Origin: Nostoc sp. DedSLP01
GTDB lineage: Bacteria > Cyanobacteriota > Cyanobacteriia > Cyanobacteriales > Nostocaceae
Direction: 5' to 3'
Assembly (NCBI GenBank): GCA_034530875.2
Contig: JAVRCJ020000006.1
Coordinates: 192,001 to 256,000 of the forward strand
Length of the DNA stretch: 64,000 nucleotides
The first letter of the stretch is position 1, and each line of letters starts with the position of its first letter. The translations under genes and the position numbers were made by a program. Below the pieces are notes generated by a model. It had not been told where the DNA came from and did no database searches. It worked only from the letters and a program-made list of their open reading frames with translations. Positions 8,985 through 20,164 of this stretch are shown in pieces.

Positions 8985-10484
8985 ATGTCTAATCGCCCTT
9001 TAAAAGTTGAAAAATCGAGATTATTTTGGCGACGCCTATTTGCTGTAGTTTTCAGTAGTAGTTCGTTGCTTTCCTGTTTTGGCAGCCAACCAGCAACAGC
9101 ACAAGTAACCCAGTATTGTCAGTTATCACCAGCAGCGGCGCAAGAAAAAGAAAGCTTACGTTTAGCAGGTTTCAAAGGCAATAAAAATGCCCAGGCTCAA
9201 TATCAAAAAATATTACAAGAACAGGCACAGGAATTAAAGGAGTGCCGGAGTCGGACTTGGCCGCAAATCCAAGCAATGTGGTTGCGCTTGTATCCCTGTG
9301 ATATTTACCCAGGATCTATCGATCGCGTTATGGATCGGATTGTCAATGGTGGCTATAACCAAGTTTATTTAGAAGTATTTTACGATGGGCAGGTATTATT
9401 GCCAGCAGCTGCTAACCGCACGGTTTGGCCTTCTGTGATTCGGACACCGGGAACGGAAAACATCGATTTACTCTCTGTAGCGATTCAAAAAGCTCGGCAA
9501 CGTGGTTTGAAGGTCTACGCTTGGATGTTTACGACAAATTTCGGCTATACTTACGCCCAGCGGCGAGATCGAGAAGCTGCGATCGCTCGCAATGGCAAAG
9601 GTCAAACAAGCTTATATGTTGTAGATAATGGCTCTCAAGTATTTATCGACCCCTACAACCCCCAAGCAAAACGCGACTACTACCAATTAGTACAGGAAGT
9701 TTTACGCCGTCGTCCAGATGGCTTGCTGTTAGACTACGTGCGTTATCCCCGACAAGCAGGAAGTGATTCCATCGCCACTAAAGTTTCAGATTTATGGCTA
9801 TATACTCCTGCAACTCAAGAAGCTTTATTTAAACGGGCACAGAATTACAAAGGGCTGGACTTAATTCGCCGCTTTTTAACTAACGGATATGTTACCGCTG
9901 CCGATATAGGGGAAGTCGACCGACTTTATCCCCAAGAAGGCGAACCCCTCTGGCAAGGACGCATTCCCCCACCAGCCCAAAAATCAATTCAGCCTGCAAC
10001 CGATAGACAGCCGCTTTTACAATGGGAGTTGTGGCAGCTCGCTGTTGCCCACGCCATGCAAGGAATTCTAGATTTTGTCACCATCGCCAGTTATCCAGCA
10101 AAACAACAAGGTATTTCCACAGGAGTTGTGTTTTTCCCTGAGGGTAACCAAACTGTTGGACAAGGTTATGATTCCCGCTTGCAACCTTGGGATAGATTCC
10201 CCACAACACTGGAGTGGCATCCCATGTCTTATGGTGCTTGCGGTAATGTAAGTTGTATCGTGTCCCAAGTAGAGCGAGTTTTGAGTATGGCAAAACCGGG
10301 CACAAAGATCGTCCCTGCTTTAGCTGGTCGGTGGGGAAAACCCATCAGTAATCGTCCGTCGCTAGAAGTACAAATGCAGGCGCTTCGCAAATTTGCCCCC
10401 CAAATTAAAGGAGTGAGCCATTTTGCCTATTCTTGGCAATATCCTGACAATGATAGCGATCGCAAATTTTGTCGCAATCGCTAA
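8985..10484 (+). CDS. Glycoside hydrolase-like family 10 (GHL10/DUF187) secreted protein
   Basis: Signal peptide; GYNQVYLEVFYDG, GLKVYAW, FIDPYNP, DGLLLDYVRYP. Confidence 0.8.
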   Translation: MSNRPLKVEKSRLFWRRLFAVVFSSSSLLSCFGSQPATAQVTQYCQLSPAAAQEKESLRLAGFKGNKNAQAQYQKILQEQAQELKECRSRTWPQIQAMWLRLYPCDIYPGSIDRVMDRIVNGGYNQVYLEVFYDGQVLLPAAANRTVWPSVIRTPGTENIDLLSVAIQKARQRGLKVYAWMFTTNFGYTYAQRRDREAAIARNGKGQTSLYVVDNGSQVFIDPYNPQAKRDYYQLVQEVLRRRPDGLLLDYVRYPRQAGSDSIATKVSDLWLYTPATQEALFKRAQNYKGLDLIRRFLTNGYVTAADIGEVDRLYPQEGEPLWQGRIPPPAQKSIQPATDRQPLLQWELWQLAVAHAMQGILDFVTIASYPAKQQGISTGVVFFPEGNQTVGQGYDSRLQPWDRFPTTLEWHPMSYGACGNVSCIVSQVERVLSMAKPGTKIVPALAGRWGKPISNRPSLEVQMQALRKFAPQIKGVSHFAYSWQYPDNDSDRKFCRNR

Positions 10485-10555
10485 ACAGAAGTCAGGAGTC
10501 AGAATTCTGAATTCTATATTCTTTATTCTGTATTCTGAATTCTGAATTCTGACAA

Positions 10556-11182
10556 TTAACTTAAAGCCAAGTCCTCTGGTGTATTACAGTTAAACAGCAT
10601 TTCTGGTTCTGGTAGAGGCAAAACTTCTACCGGATGTTGCCCCAACCAATTTTGAAACGATCGCCCCCCTTGGTTGATAAAATCCAGGAGTTGTGGCAAA
10701 CAGCGACGCCGATAAAAACCACAAAGAGGTTCCCAGCCTTTGGGATGATGAGCTAAAGCTGCGATCGCATCATCCCCTACACGATCGAGTCTAGTCGCCC
10801 ATTCTTGCAAAACTTCAACCCGTAACTTTGGCAAATCGCAAGCCAGCAATAATACCCATTCTGTCTTTACTTGGGCTAATCCTTGGGCAAACCCAACTAA
10901 AGGACCGTGTGTCTCCACATCACAAGGCAAAGGTACTTCTTGGATAAAGTGGCAATCAGGCAATAGCAAATGTTGATAGCGTTCCGGCCAAGGAGTAACT
11001 ATATAAATAGTATCGGCACAGCCTTTGGCAATTCCATAAATCCGCTGCAATAATGGCAAACCTTGAATGGAAATCAGGGCTTTATCCTCACCCATGCGAG
11101 AACTCTTACCCCCAGCCAACACAATTGCCGTTAATTTACTAGAAGTAAAGCTAACAGTAATGCTTTCGTCTTCTGTACCCAC
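10556..11182 (-). CDS. mobA: Molybdenum cofactor guanylyltransferase
   Basis: LAGGKSSRMGEDKA, GPLVG, LACDLP, EPLCGFY, FNCNTPEDL. Confidence 0.92.
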   Translation of the reverse strand: MGTEDESITVSFTSSKLTAIVLAGGKSSRMGEDKALISIQGLPLLQRIYGIAKGCADTIYIVTPWPERYQHLLLPDCHFIQEVPLPCDVETHGPLVGFAQGLAQVKTEWVLLLACDLPKLRVEVLQEWATRLDRVGDDAIAALAHHPKGWEPLCGFYRRRCLPQLLDFINQGGRSFQNWLGQHPVEVLPLPEPEMLFNCNTPEDLALS

Positions 11183-11192
11183 TCCCTACTCC

Positions 11193-13271
11193 CTACCTAC
11201 TCTCTACTCCCCGATTCTGACTTTGTTCGACTTGCTGCAATAACTTTTCTACACTTTCTGCTGGTGCAAGGCACTTTAAACCTTGGCAAACTAAACCAAC
11301 GCTTCCCTCTGGTAAATCGGATACCACGCTAAAGACGGCACTCGGTAAAAACTTGGGAATAAGAGAATTAATTCGTTCTGCTGTGCTGCGAATCAAGGTA
11401 GAGTTACGATACCAATCCAAAGCTGTAAATAAGCTCGGACAAGCTTGGGGAGCGCGATGCATGACACTCCTAAAAGCTTTTAAACCTTGTTCTGCTAAAT
11501 CCAAATAATGTAGATTATCAGTGATTAAAGCCAAACGTACCAGATTAGCGATCGCTACTCCATTAGCTGATGCTGTGGCATTATCCGCATAACTGCGCTC
11601 TCGCACAATTAAATCTTGACTAGCATCGCTAGATGTGTTATAGTAGCCACCTAATTCTACGCTCCAGAGAAATTCATTAAATTCATCTTGAATAGCGATC
11701 GCTTTTTCTAACCATTGCTTATTTTCGGGGTTGGCAGCTTGTAAATCGAGGAGAGCTTTGATAAAAAAGGCGTAATCTTCAGACTGAGCTAAAACTGTTG
11801 CTTCCCCTTGATAGTTGAGTCGGTGGAAACGCCCATTCACAAACTGCCGATCTAAAATGAAATTCGCTGCTCGTGTTGCTAGTTCTAAGTATGAAGGTTG
11901 CTGAAATACCCCCGCAGCCCTAGCTAAACCAGAAATCATCAAGCTATTCCAAGCAACAATCATTTTCGTATCTGTCACCGAGGGAATGCGACCTGGCCAG
12001 TTAGTAGTTTTTGCTTCTTGATTGTTGCGAGCTGGGGGAAATGTTTCGAGTTCGGGACTAGCCCCATAACGAAAAGTAAAAAGTTTGCTGAGTGCTGTTT
12101 CTAGTGTTGCGCTCAATTGTCCTGAATGGCGTCTTTGTAAAACATTCTTGCCTTCAAAGTTACCCTTAGGGCTTACCGTAAACTGTTGTTCTAATTCCGT
12201 TAGTTCTTCCGGGGTTAACAGTTGTTGCAGTTCGCTGTAAGTCCAGACGTAAAACGCTCCTTCCTCTGGTTCGACTGCTGTGGGTTCGATGAAGCTGTCG
12301 GCATCTTGAGCAGCATAGAAGTAACCTTCAGGCGCGGTCATTTCACGTTTTAGCCATTGTACGGTAAGTGCGATCGCTCTTTTAAAAGCTGGCTCTTGTA
12401 TGCCTGCACTCCACAAACAAGCCAGATACTCGACAATTTGCCCATTGTCGTAAAGCATCTTTTCAAAGTGGGGTACAGTCCAAGTCGGGTCAACAGTATA
12501 ACGGTGAAACCCACCCCCTACATGGTCGTAAATTCCTCCCAGTGCTAGGTCTAGTCCTCGTTGGGTACAAACTCGATCGCCATCATACCGAGATTCAAAA
12601 TTAAATCGAGTTCCCCGCAGTGCTAATTCTGCGTAGGGGATCATCGGAAAGCTATTGCCAGTTTGATTAGGAGTAATTATGGCTGTGCTAGTTTCCCAAC
12701 CTTGTCGGAATAATTCCCGATCTTCTAGCTCGTTTGTGGTTGCATCTTGTAACACCGCAGACGTCAGCAACGACTCAAGAATTAAGGCTTTGCGTTGCTG
12801 TAAGTCTTGTTTTTCTGTATCGTAATAACGGCGTAGTGCTTGCAACACTTGTAAAAAGCCGGGACGACCATAGCGTTGGTCTATAGGGAAGTAAGTACCA
12901 GCATAAAATGGCACTAAATCCTCTGGGGAAAGAAACACATTTAAAGGCCAGCCTCCTTGACCGCTCATCATCTGCAAAGCTTGCATGTAGATGCTATCGA
13001 TGTCAGGTCTTTCTTCTCGATCTACTTTGATAGGAAGAAAGTTGGCATTCATGTACTGAGCGATCGCTAAATCGGAAAAAGCCTCACCTTCCATCACAGT
13101 ACACCAGTGGCAACTAGAGTAACCAATGGAGAGAAAAATCGGTTTATCTTGCGCTTTTGCAGTTGCAAGTGCTTCATCACACCAAGGCCACCAGTCAATG
13201 GGGTTTTCGGCGTGTTTGCACAGATACAGGCTCTTAGCTTCAGCAAGGCGATTAGTCATAATCAAATGCAA
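11193..13271 (-). CDS. Thioredoxin-domain protein, YyaL/SSP411 (DUF255) family
   Basis: [42 protein letters not shown]; start may be 13259. Confidence 0.9.
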   Translation of the reverse strand: MHLIMTNRLAEAKSLYLCKHAENPIDWWPWCDEALATAKAQDKPIFLSIGYSSCHWCTVMEGEAFSDLAIAQYMNANFLPIKVDREERPDIDSIYMQALQMMSGQGGWPLNVFLSPEDLVPFYAGTYFPIDQRYGRPGFLQVLQALRRYYDTEKQDLQQRKALILESLLTSAVLQDATTNELEDRELFRQGWETSTAIITPNQTGNSFPMIPYAELALRGTRFNFESRYDGDRVCTQRGLDLALGGIYDHVGGGFHRYTVDPTWTVPHFEKMLYDNGQIVEYLACLWSAGIQEPAFKRAIALTVQWLKREMTAPEGYFYAAQDADSFIEPTAVEPEEGAFYVWTYSELQQLLTPEELTELEQQFTVSPKGNFEGKNVLQRRHSGQLSATLETALSKLFTFRYGASPELETFPPARNNQEAKTTNWPGRIPSVTDTKMIVAWNSLMISGLARAAGVFQQPSYLELATRAANFILDRQFVNGRFHRLNYQGEATVLAQSEDYAFFIKALLDLQAANPENKQWLEKAIAIQDEFNEFLWSVELGGYYNTSSDASQDLIVRERSYADNATASANGVAIANLVRLALITDNLHYLDLAEQGLKAFRSVMHRAPQACPSLFTALDWYRNSTLIRSTAERINSLIPKFLPSAVFSVVSDLPEGSVGLVCQGLKCLAPAESVEKLLQQVEQSQNRGVESR

Positions 13272-14134
13272 ATAGTTGCCTTATTTGCTCAGTCTACCTT
13301 GTTGCCAGGAGTGTTCGTATCGATTGATGTGTATATATAGAAATAAACCCTACGAGAGAATTATTTCTTGGGTAGGAGGCAGTGTCTAGATATTTTTAGT
13401 GCCACCTACACATATAGAAGTTATAAAAATTTTTACCGAAAATTACGCAATAGCAAACTGACGATAATATTTGTCGGCGTTTCGGGTGTAGGTGATACTG
13501 CTTTTGTCTCAACTATAGTATTTGCGCTAAATCCTGCTATCAGGTGCAGCAAGAAGGTGATGATAGCGGCTTGTAAGAGTCTTTCCCGCATGGCACGTCT
13601 CTCTCGATGGATAGCATTTCAATTAGGACTAGTAATTGTAAATACACCTCAGTACTATCGATTTACTGAATCTAACAAAAATAATTTGACAATAGCTGAG
13701 GAAAATTCTGAAAAAATGTTTAAAATATTACTTTCATTTAATAGAATTCCTCAAGCCAATCGAATTTCAGTTATTAAAGCGATCGCTACATCACCGAAGT
13801 CATACAGCAAACGTCGATATCTGAGCATTGGCTACAGCCAGTCTTTTTTGATTGTTATTCCCGAAGTAGGGACATCCTCAAAAGACAGTTTTTGCATTTG
13901 AAAAGTGCCCTGACTGAGTGTAACTGATGCTGAAAACTGTTGAAATTCGATTCTGATAAATTAATTTGAAGATCCGGATTTAGAACTTAGAACTATTGCA
14001 AAGTTATGTTTTGCACTGTTGCCAGAGACAACAAAATAGGAAAAATTTAAATCTACTAGATGACAGGAGAGATAAACCCCAGTTTGCTGTTGCGATCGAT
14101 AAAATGTATTTAATATAGCCACAAACACGCTTCC

Positions 14135-14740
14135 ATGATTCCTATCGTTATTGAACAATCGGGTCGAGGTGAACGCGCCTTTGACATCTACTCACGGCTG
14201 TTGCGTGAGCGCATCGTATTTTTGGGACAACAAGTTGACAACAATCTCGCCAACTTGATTGTCGCCCAACTGCTGTATTTGGATGCTGAAGACTCGGAGA
14301 AAGACATCTATATGTATATCAATTCTCCCGGTGGTTCCGTGACGGCTGGCATGGGCATTTTTGATACTATGAAGCAAATTCGCCCAGATGTCTGTACCAT
14401 TTGTACCGGATTAGCGGCGAGTATGGGCGCTTTTCTCCTCAGCGCTGGTACTAAGGGTAAACGGATGAGTCTACCTCATTCTCGGATTATGATTCACCAA
14501 CCTTTAGGCGGCGCTCAAGGACAAGCGACTGAGATTGAAATTCAGGCGCGCGAAATTCTCTACCACAAGCGGCGGCTAAACGAATATTTAGCCGAACATA
14601 CAGGTCAACCAATCGAGCGTATTGCTGAAGATACCGAACGCGACTTTTTTATGTCGCCAGAAGAAGCTAAAGATTATGGCTTGATTGACCAAGTAATTGA
14701 CCGCCACGCTGCTGGTAGCCGTCCAGTGGCACTAGTTTAG
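14135..14740 (+). CDS. clpP: ATP-dependent Clp protease proteolytic subunit
   Basis: [25 protein letters not shown] (Ser), IMIHQP (His), ERDFFM (Asp). Confidence 0.97.
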   Translation: MIPIVIEQSGRGERAFDIYSRLLRERIVFLGQQVDNNLANLIVAQLLYLDAEDSEKDIYMYINSPGGSVTAGMGIFDTMKQIRPDVCTICTGLAASMGAFLLSAGTKGKRMSLPHSRIMIHQPLGGAQGQATEIEIQAREILYHKRRLNEYLAEHTGQPIERIAEDTERDFFMSPEEAKDYGLIDQVIDRHAAGSRPVALV

Positions 14741-14786
14741 TCATTAGTCATTAGTCATTAGCAAAAGACAGAGGACTAATGACTAA

Positions 14787-15161
14787 TCAAAATCCTGTTG
14801 GCGGATCTGATTGAGATTGCAGGTATTCCTTGAATTCCTGCAATTCTTCATAGGTCAGGAAAGTACGCGATCGCTTTCCATAGGTTTTAATTAGAAGTTG
14901 CCGTACCTGTTCTGGCGTCCAGCTTAACTGCTCCCTTTCGATATCTGTTTGAGAAATGAGATCTTCGTCTAATGCTGGTGTCGGTTGAGATTTAAGGCAT
15001 TGGAGAAAGTTTAGTAATTCTTCTTCTGTGAGTGAAGTACGCGATCGCTTGCCATAAGTTTTAATCAGATGTTCCTGCTCCTGATTTGTTGTCCAACCTA
15101 ATCGCTGCATTTCAAAATCTATTTCTTGACCTATTGCTTTAGAGAAATTAAAAGGTTCCAT
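14787..15161 (-). CDS. Hypothetical protein made of two copies of the C-terminal domain of 15242-16126
   Basis: Two units of W-T-x-x-Q...LIKTYGKRSRT.LT.EEL..F..LxSQ; ends DPPTGF versus DPIAGF in the neighbour. Confidence 0.75.
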   Translation of the reverse strand: MEPFNFSKAIGQEIDFEMQRLGWTTNQEQEHLIKTYGKRSRTSLTEEELLNFLQCLKSQPTPALDEDLISQTDIEREQLSWTPEQVRQLLIKTYGKRSRTFLTYEELQEFKEYLQSQSDPPTGF

Positions 15162-15241
15162 AGATTAATTAGTATTTCAATAGCCTATGTCTTTTGTCAT
15201 TAGTCCTTACTAATCACCAATGACAAAAGACGAATGACTAA

Positions 15242-16126
15242 CTAAAATCCCGCTATCGGGTCTGGCTGAGATTGGAGATACTTGAGAAATCCGTGTAATT
15301 CTTCTTCAGTCAGCAAAGTGCGTCCGCGCTTACCGTAGGTAGTAATTAGATGTTCTCGCCCCTGTTCTGGTGTCCAGCCTAAGCGCTGAAGCTCGACATC
15401 TGTTTTGGCAATTACATCAGATAAATCTACAGGTTCAGCTTTTTTCTTTCTCTTACTTGTGCTTGCCTGGGGAACTGTATCTTCTTGAAGACTATAATTC
15501 CGGGGTGTAAATGGTGTGACGTTACTAGCAGAAATTCCTGAAAATGTTGGATTTTCTATCTGCTTACCAGACATCACTTCTAGGTTTTCCCCTCCGGTAT
15601 CAAATTCTAGTTGTCGGTTAGCACTCAGAGCAAACTGTTCGCTTAAATTTGGGCTGTAGGTATCGCTGGCGCTTGGTATGTCAGCTGTCACTTCTATTCT
15701 GCTGGTAGCGGCTGGCGTATCTAAATTCTCAGTTTTTACTGGTTCTAACTTAATGTTCTCTTTTTTGGTTGGTGGTATGGATATTTCTTTATCTTTAGCA
15801 ACTGACCACTGACCAGCAACAAAATCCTCATTTTTTGTAGGTGAATAAGTAGAATCACTCAATCCACCTTTAGCGTTCAATGAAGGATTTGGTTGTGCCT
15901 GAGAAACTGACTCCTGTGGCGCATTGGTCATTCCCAAAACCATTAAAGCTCTAGTTCTGGCTTGGTCTTCTGCTGCTTCTATTGTTTCTGCCGATGCCAT
16001 ACCCGTAGCACGGGTTACGCCTTCAATGAGCACGCTTGCTCGGACAATATATTTTCCTTGAAAAATTTGGACTAATTCAGAAATCAGGCTGCCGTTGGGA
16101 TACAAGCTCTGGAATTGAGCCAACAT
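15242..16126 (-). CDS. Conserved cyanobacterial hypothetical protein; possible Rad52/Sak-like N-domain, disordered linker, small helical C-domain
   Basis: 294 aa; ...GVTRATGMA..AAEDQARTRAL; S/T/P/E-rich linker; LGWTPEQGREHLITTYGKRGRTLLTEEEL. Confidence 0.75.
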   Translation of the reverse strand: MLAQFQSLYPNGSLISELVQIFQGKYIVRASVLIEGVTRATGMASAETIEAAEDQARTRALMVLGMTNAPQESVSQAQPNPSLNAKGGLSDSTYSPTKNEDFVAGQWSVAKDKEISIPPTKKENIKLEPVKTENLDTPAATSRIEVTADIPSASDTYSPNLSEQFALSANRQLEFDTGGENLEVMSGKQIENPTFSGISASNVTPFTPRNYSLQEDTVPQASTSKRKKKAEPVDLSDVIAKTDVELQRLGWTPEQGREHLITTYGKRGRTLLTEEELHGFLKYLQSQPDPIAGF

Positions 16127-17154
16127 AATACTGTTACCAATCTAAGGGGAGTGGGGAGTGGGGAGTGGGGAGATGGGGAGGCAGGGGAGCAAGGGGAAAA
16201 GGTTAAAGGGAAAAGGGAAAAGGAATAAATTTAATTTTACCCCTTTCCCCCTTACCCCTTTCCCTTTCCCCATTCCTATGCCTCATGCCCTAAAGTAATA
16301 TTCTTGCTTTGTCTTGTGTCCCAATTGTAGCAGTAGCTCTTTTTTGAGGAAATTTTTAGCTAGTGCTAACTTATGTGGGTAGTCTTGTTTGTAATGTTAT
16401 ACTGATTAGCCAAATTAATGTCTATAACTCTTTTCTCGAAGTGCGCTCTAAATCTACAATAATGTAGATAAGGTTCGCCCTCACTGCTTATTAAGCTGAT
16501 CGCCTAATTGTTACCGATTCTACGTGTGGAAAAATTGGGTTTACCAGCAGTTCCTCCTAGTTAAAATCAGAGTCTAATGGCGTAAAATTACCTTCAATCT
16601 AGACAATCAAATACCTGTGATTTTACCCGTACACCGCTTTGGGCAGCATGGATTCTCCAAAGCCAGCTTCTCAAAAACCGTTACGTAATTACCTAGTGGG
16701 GCTAAATCTCAATCAGGCGTACTTTCTAAGTTTGGTTAGATGAAGGAATTTAAACTCAGGCGAACTCTGAGAGCATCGTACAGTGAGAGCTCCAAAAAAC
16801 GCCCAGAGTTGATTGTGGGTCGGCTTCCTCGGCTTAACACAACTTTGGGAGCAATTTCCTGCAAGGCTAGGTTGGCTTCCTTTCCTTGGAACTTAGGAAG
16901 CCTTGCCTCAGGGCAATTCGTTTCCAGCTTGTTTCTGTAAGCCGTCAATACCCTTTAGGCTCTTAAAAGGGTAAAGGTGAAAGCGAAAACAGAAGAAGAG
17001 AAAGGTTAAACGGGAAAAGCCTCAAGATATGCTTTTTTCCCTTTATCCTCTTATCATCAGCTGATATGGCTTACCTTTCGCCTTCTTTGGTAAGGGCATA
17101 CAGGAAAGAACCAGATAAAAAAAATGATGTTTTGACCAAAGGTCGGTTCACTGC

Positions 17155-19509
17155 ATGGAATTTTCAATCGCTACACTCCTTGCCAATTTCACCGATGATA
17201 AATTGGTGGCTCGCAAAGTTTTGGAAAAGAAACTTGGTTGTGAAGATGAAAAAAGTTTACAAAAACTTCACATAGCCTTAGATGTTCTCGAAAAAATCGG
17301 TATTTTGGTAAAAGAACGCGGCAAGTATCGCCGTGTTGTAGAAGAGGGAATCATCGAAGCAAAACTCCGTTGTTCTAGTAAGGGTTTTTGCTTTGCGATT
17401 CAAGATGTGGAAGGAGCTGAGGATATTTACATTCGTGAAAGCCATTTGAGTAATGCTTGGAATGGCGATCGCGTTTTGGTCAGAGTCCTCAAAGAAGGCA
17501 GTCGCCGTCGCTCTCCCGAAGGAGAGGTAAAGCTAATCTTAGAACGTTCCAACCACACGTTACTGGCACGAATTAAGCAAGTAGAAAATGGTTTTCGGGC
17601 TGTGCCTTTAGACGACCGACTACTGTTTGAACTCAAGATTCAAGCTAATGGTGCGAAATTAGAAGATGCGATCGATCATCTCGCCCATGTGGAAGTCTTG
17701 CGTTACCCATTAGCTCAATACCCCCCTTTGGGTCGGGTAGTGCAAATCCTCGGCAGCGATGCCGAAGCTGCTGCTGATATAGATTTGGTAACATGTAAGC
17801 ATGACCTTTCCCGCACTTTCCCGGATAACGTCCTCGAAGCAGCTTCTAAGTTACCGAAAAAGCTTTTAAAAGCAGACCTGAAAAATCGCTTAGATTTACG
17901 TAAGATTTTTGCCATTACTATTGAAGGTGTAAATGATGACACCAAAGTAATCGAAAATGCCTTCAGTTTGGAAAGAAATCCTAGCGGAAATTGGCTTTTA
18001 GGAGTTCATATCGCGGATCTTTCTCACTATGTCCAACCTGATGAAGCCTTAGATAGAGAAGCACTCAAACGAGGCAAATCAGTTTATTTGGGTGAATTGA
18101 TCCTGCCAATGTTACCGCCAGTTGTGGCAGAACGCTGTTCTTTGGTGCCGGGAAGCGATCGCTTAACCATCTCTTTTCTAATTACCATCGATCCGAAATC
18201 CGGACAAATCGTAGAGTGGGAAATTCAACCAAGCGTCATCAAGGTCGAAACTGCATTAACTACAGAACAAGCCGAGGAAATTCTCTCAGGTGAATATCAC
18301 AATCAATCTCCAGAGGTGTTGGAAATCCTGCAAAATCTCCAAGCTTTGCAAAGAGATTTAAAACAGGTCAGGTTAAATCGTGGTAGCCTCCAGTTAAATC
18401 TGCCCCCCAGCCAAAACCCGTATTATGATGAGGGAATTCTTGGGGCTGTGGTGGTTAACGATTTACCAGTGCGATCGCTACTGACCGAGTTGGTGCTATT
18501 AGTTAATCAACTGATGGCAACTCACTTAAATGCCCTTGGCGTTCCCGCTATCTGGCGAGTCCAAGGCACGCCGGATATCGAAGATGTCCAGGAAATGCTG
18601 AAATTGGCCATCAATTTAGGCGTTGACCTCAGCCTAGACCCAGAAGCAGATATCCAACCTTTAGATTATCAGCATTTGACTAGAGCTTTTGCCGAATCTC
18701 CCTCCGAGCAAGTTCTCACCTATTTGTTGCAAGATACTCTCAAGCCTTCTGCATACAGCACCACCAAAGGATCTCACTTTGGTCTAGCGCTAGGGCAATA
18801 CGTCCACTTTAGCGCTCCTTTACGGCGTTACCCAGATTTGCTAATGCAGAGAGTGTATTACACGCTACTCGAACATGGACGCGATCGCCGTAACACCCGC
18901 GTCAGAGAAAAAGTAAACCTGCGCCATTCGTCCAGCCACGCCGAAATTAACTGGAATGTTCTACCCCCAGAATTGCAACAAGAACTCCAAAGCGATTTGA
19001 CTAGGGTAATTGTCCAAATCAATGACCGAGAAAAAGAAGTCCAAGAAGCCGAAGCTGATTTAGCAGGATTGCAAAAAGCTCAACTGATGAAGCAGCGAAT
19101 TGGTGAGGTATTTCAAGGCGTGATTACCGGCGTTCAATCCTACGGTTTCTTTGTGGAAATTGAAGTACCAGCAGAGGCGATTGAATCCAGCAGTAGCCTT
19201 GGCGTACCCCTGAGAGTAGAAGGGTTGGTACACGTTAGTTCTCTCAAAGATGATTGGTATGAATACCGCGCCAGACAGCAAGCACTTTTTGGTCGCAAAA
19301 ATCGTGCTTCATATAGATTGGGCGATCGCGTCGCCGTGCAAGTGAAGAGTGTCGATTACTACCGTCAACAAATTGATTTAGTGACTGTTGGTAGCGATGG
19401 CGTACCTAAAGGTTTAGCTGGTGGCGCTGCAAATGATGATATTTCCGACCTCTATTTAGGAAATGATATTGAAGGTGATGACCTAGACCCTTATGCTGAG
19501 GATGAGTAA
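17155..19509 (+). CDS. zam: RNase R/RNase II family protein (Zam-like), probably catalytically degenerate
   Basis: Cold-shock domains (KGFCF, GDRVLV), RNB signature HFSAPLRRYPDL, S1 domain; active-site loop TIEGVNDDTKVIENA lacks DxxxxxDxDD. Confidence 0.8.
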   Translation: MEFSIATLLANFTDDKLVARKVLEKKLGCEDEKSLQKLHIALDVLEKIGILVKERGKYRRVVEEGIIEAKLRCSSKGFCFAIQDVEGAEDIYIRESHLSNAWNGDRVLVRVLKEGSRRRSPEGEVKLILERSNHTLLARIKQVENGFRAVPLDDRLLFELKIQANGAKLEDAIDHLAHVEVLRYPLAQYPPLGRVVQILGSDAEAAADIDLVTCKHDLSRTFPDNVLEAASKLPKKLLKADLKNRLDLRKIFAITIEGVNDDTKVIENAFSLERNPSGNWLLGVHIADLSHYVQPDEALDREALKRGKSVYLGELILPMLPPVVAERCSLVPGSDRLTISFLITIDPKSGQIVEWEIQPSVIKVETALTTEQAEEILSGEYHNQSPEVLEILQNLQALQRDLKQVRLNRGSLQLNLPPSQNPYYDEGILGAVVVNDLPVRSLLTELVLLVNQLMATHLNALGVPAIWRVQGTPDIEDVQEMLKLAINLGVDLSLDPEADIQPLDYQHLTRAFAESPSEQVLTYLLQDTLKPSAYSTTKGSHFGLALGQYVHFSAPLRRYPDLLMQRVYYTLLEHGRDRRNTRVREKVNLRHSSSHAEINWNVLPPELQQELQSDLTRVIVQINDREKEVQEAEADLAGLQKAQLMKQRIGEVFQGVITGVQSYGFFVEIEVPAEAIESSSSLGVPLRVEGLVHVSSLKDDWYEYRARQQALFGRKNRASYRLGDRVAVQVKSVDYYRQQIDLVTVGSDGVPKGLAGGAANDDISDLYLGNDIEGDDLDPYAEDE

Positions 19510-19526
19510 ATAACCTTAGATTTTTC

Positions 19527-20147
19527 GTGTCAAATAATACTAAACCTTTGATTATCGGCGTATCGGGCGCATCTGGTCTGATTTACGCCGTTCGCGCTCT
19601 CAAATTTCTGTTGGAAGCAGAATATAATATCGAGCTGGTTGCCTCTAAATCAACTTACATGGTTTGGCAGTCGGAACAGGAAATTCGGATGCCAGCAGAA
19701 CCAATTCAACAAGAACAATTCTGGCGAGAGCAAGCTGGAGTACCTGTTTCTGGTAAACTACGCACTCATCCTTGGGGTGATGTTGGTGCTGGAATTGCCA
19801 GTGGTTCCTTTGCCACTTTGGGAATGATTATTATTCCATGCAGCATGAGTACAGTGGCAAAGCTAGCAGTTGGCTTGAGTTCCGACTTACTAGAACGTGC
19901 AGCCGATGTCCAACTCAAAGAAGGGCGCAAACTGGTAATAGTCCCCCGCGAAACCCCTTTTAGCTTGATTCATTTGCGTAACTTAACTTCTTTAGCAGAA
20001 GTTGGAGTTAGAATTGTCCCCGCTATTCCCGCCTGGTATCACAATCCGCAAACTATTGAGGATTTAGTTGATTTTGTAGTTGCCCGTGCTTTAGATCAAC
20101 TAGATATTGACTGTATACCAATTCAGCGGTGGCAAGGAAGGAGGTAA
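19527..20147 (+). CDS. ubiX: Flavin prenyltransferase
   Basis: GVSGASG, IASGS, PCSMST, RAADVQLKEGRKL, PRETP. Confidence 0.95.
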   Translation: MSNNTKPLIIGVSGASGLIYAVRALKFLLEAEYNIELVASKSTYMVWQSEQEIRMPAEPIQQEQFWREQAGVPVSGKLRTHPWGDVGAGIASGSFATLGMIIIPCSMSTVAKLAVGLSSDLLERAADVQLKEGRKLVIVPRETPFSLIHLRNLTSLAEVGVRIVPAIPAWYHNPQTIEDLVDFVVARALDQLDIDCIPIQRWQGRR

Positions 20148-20164
20148 TAGCAATTCAAAATTCA

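Noticed and set aside
13632..13645. GTA-N8-TAC NtcA-like site
   Set aside because: No -10 element at the canonical spacing on either strand; a 6-bp match is expected by chance in AT-rich DNA
13368..13901. 177-aa ORF upstream of clpP
   Set aside because: TTG start, no recognisable motif or SD, and it lies in a divergent promoter region; probably spurious
16736..16948. Overlapping 66-70 aa ORFs on both strands
   Set aside because: No recognisable protein features; better explained as structured non-coding sequence, though a small peptide cannot be excluded
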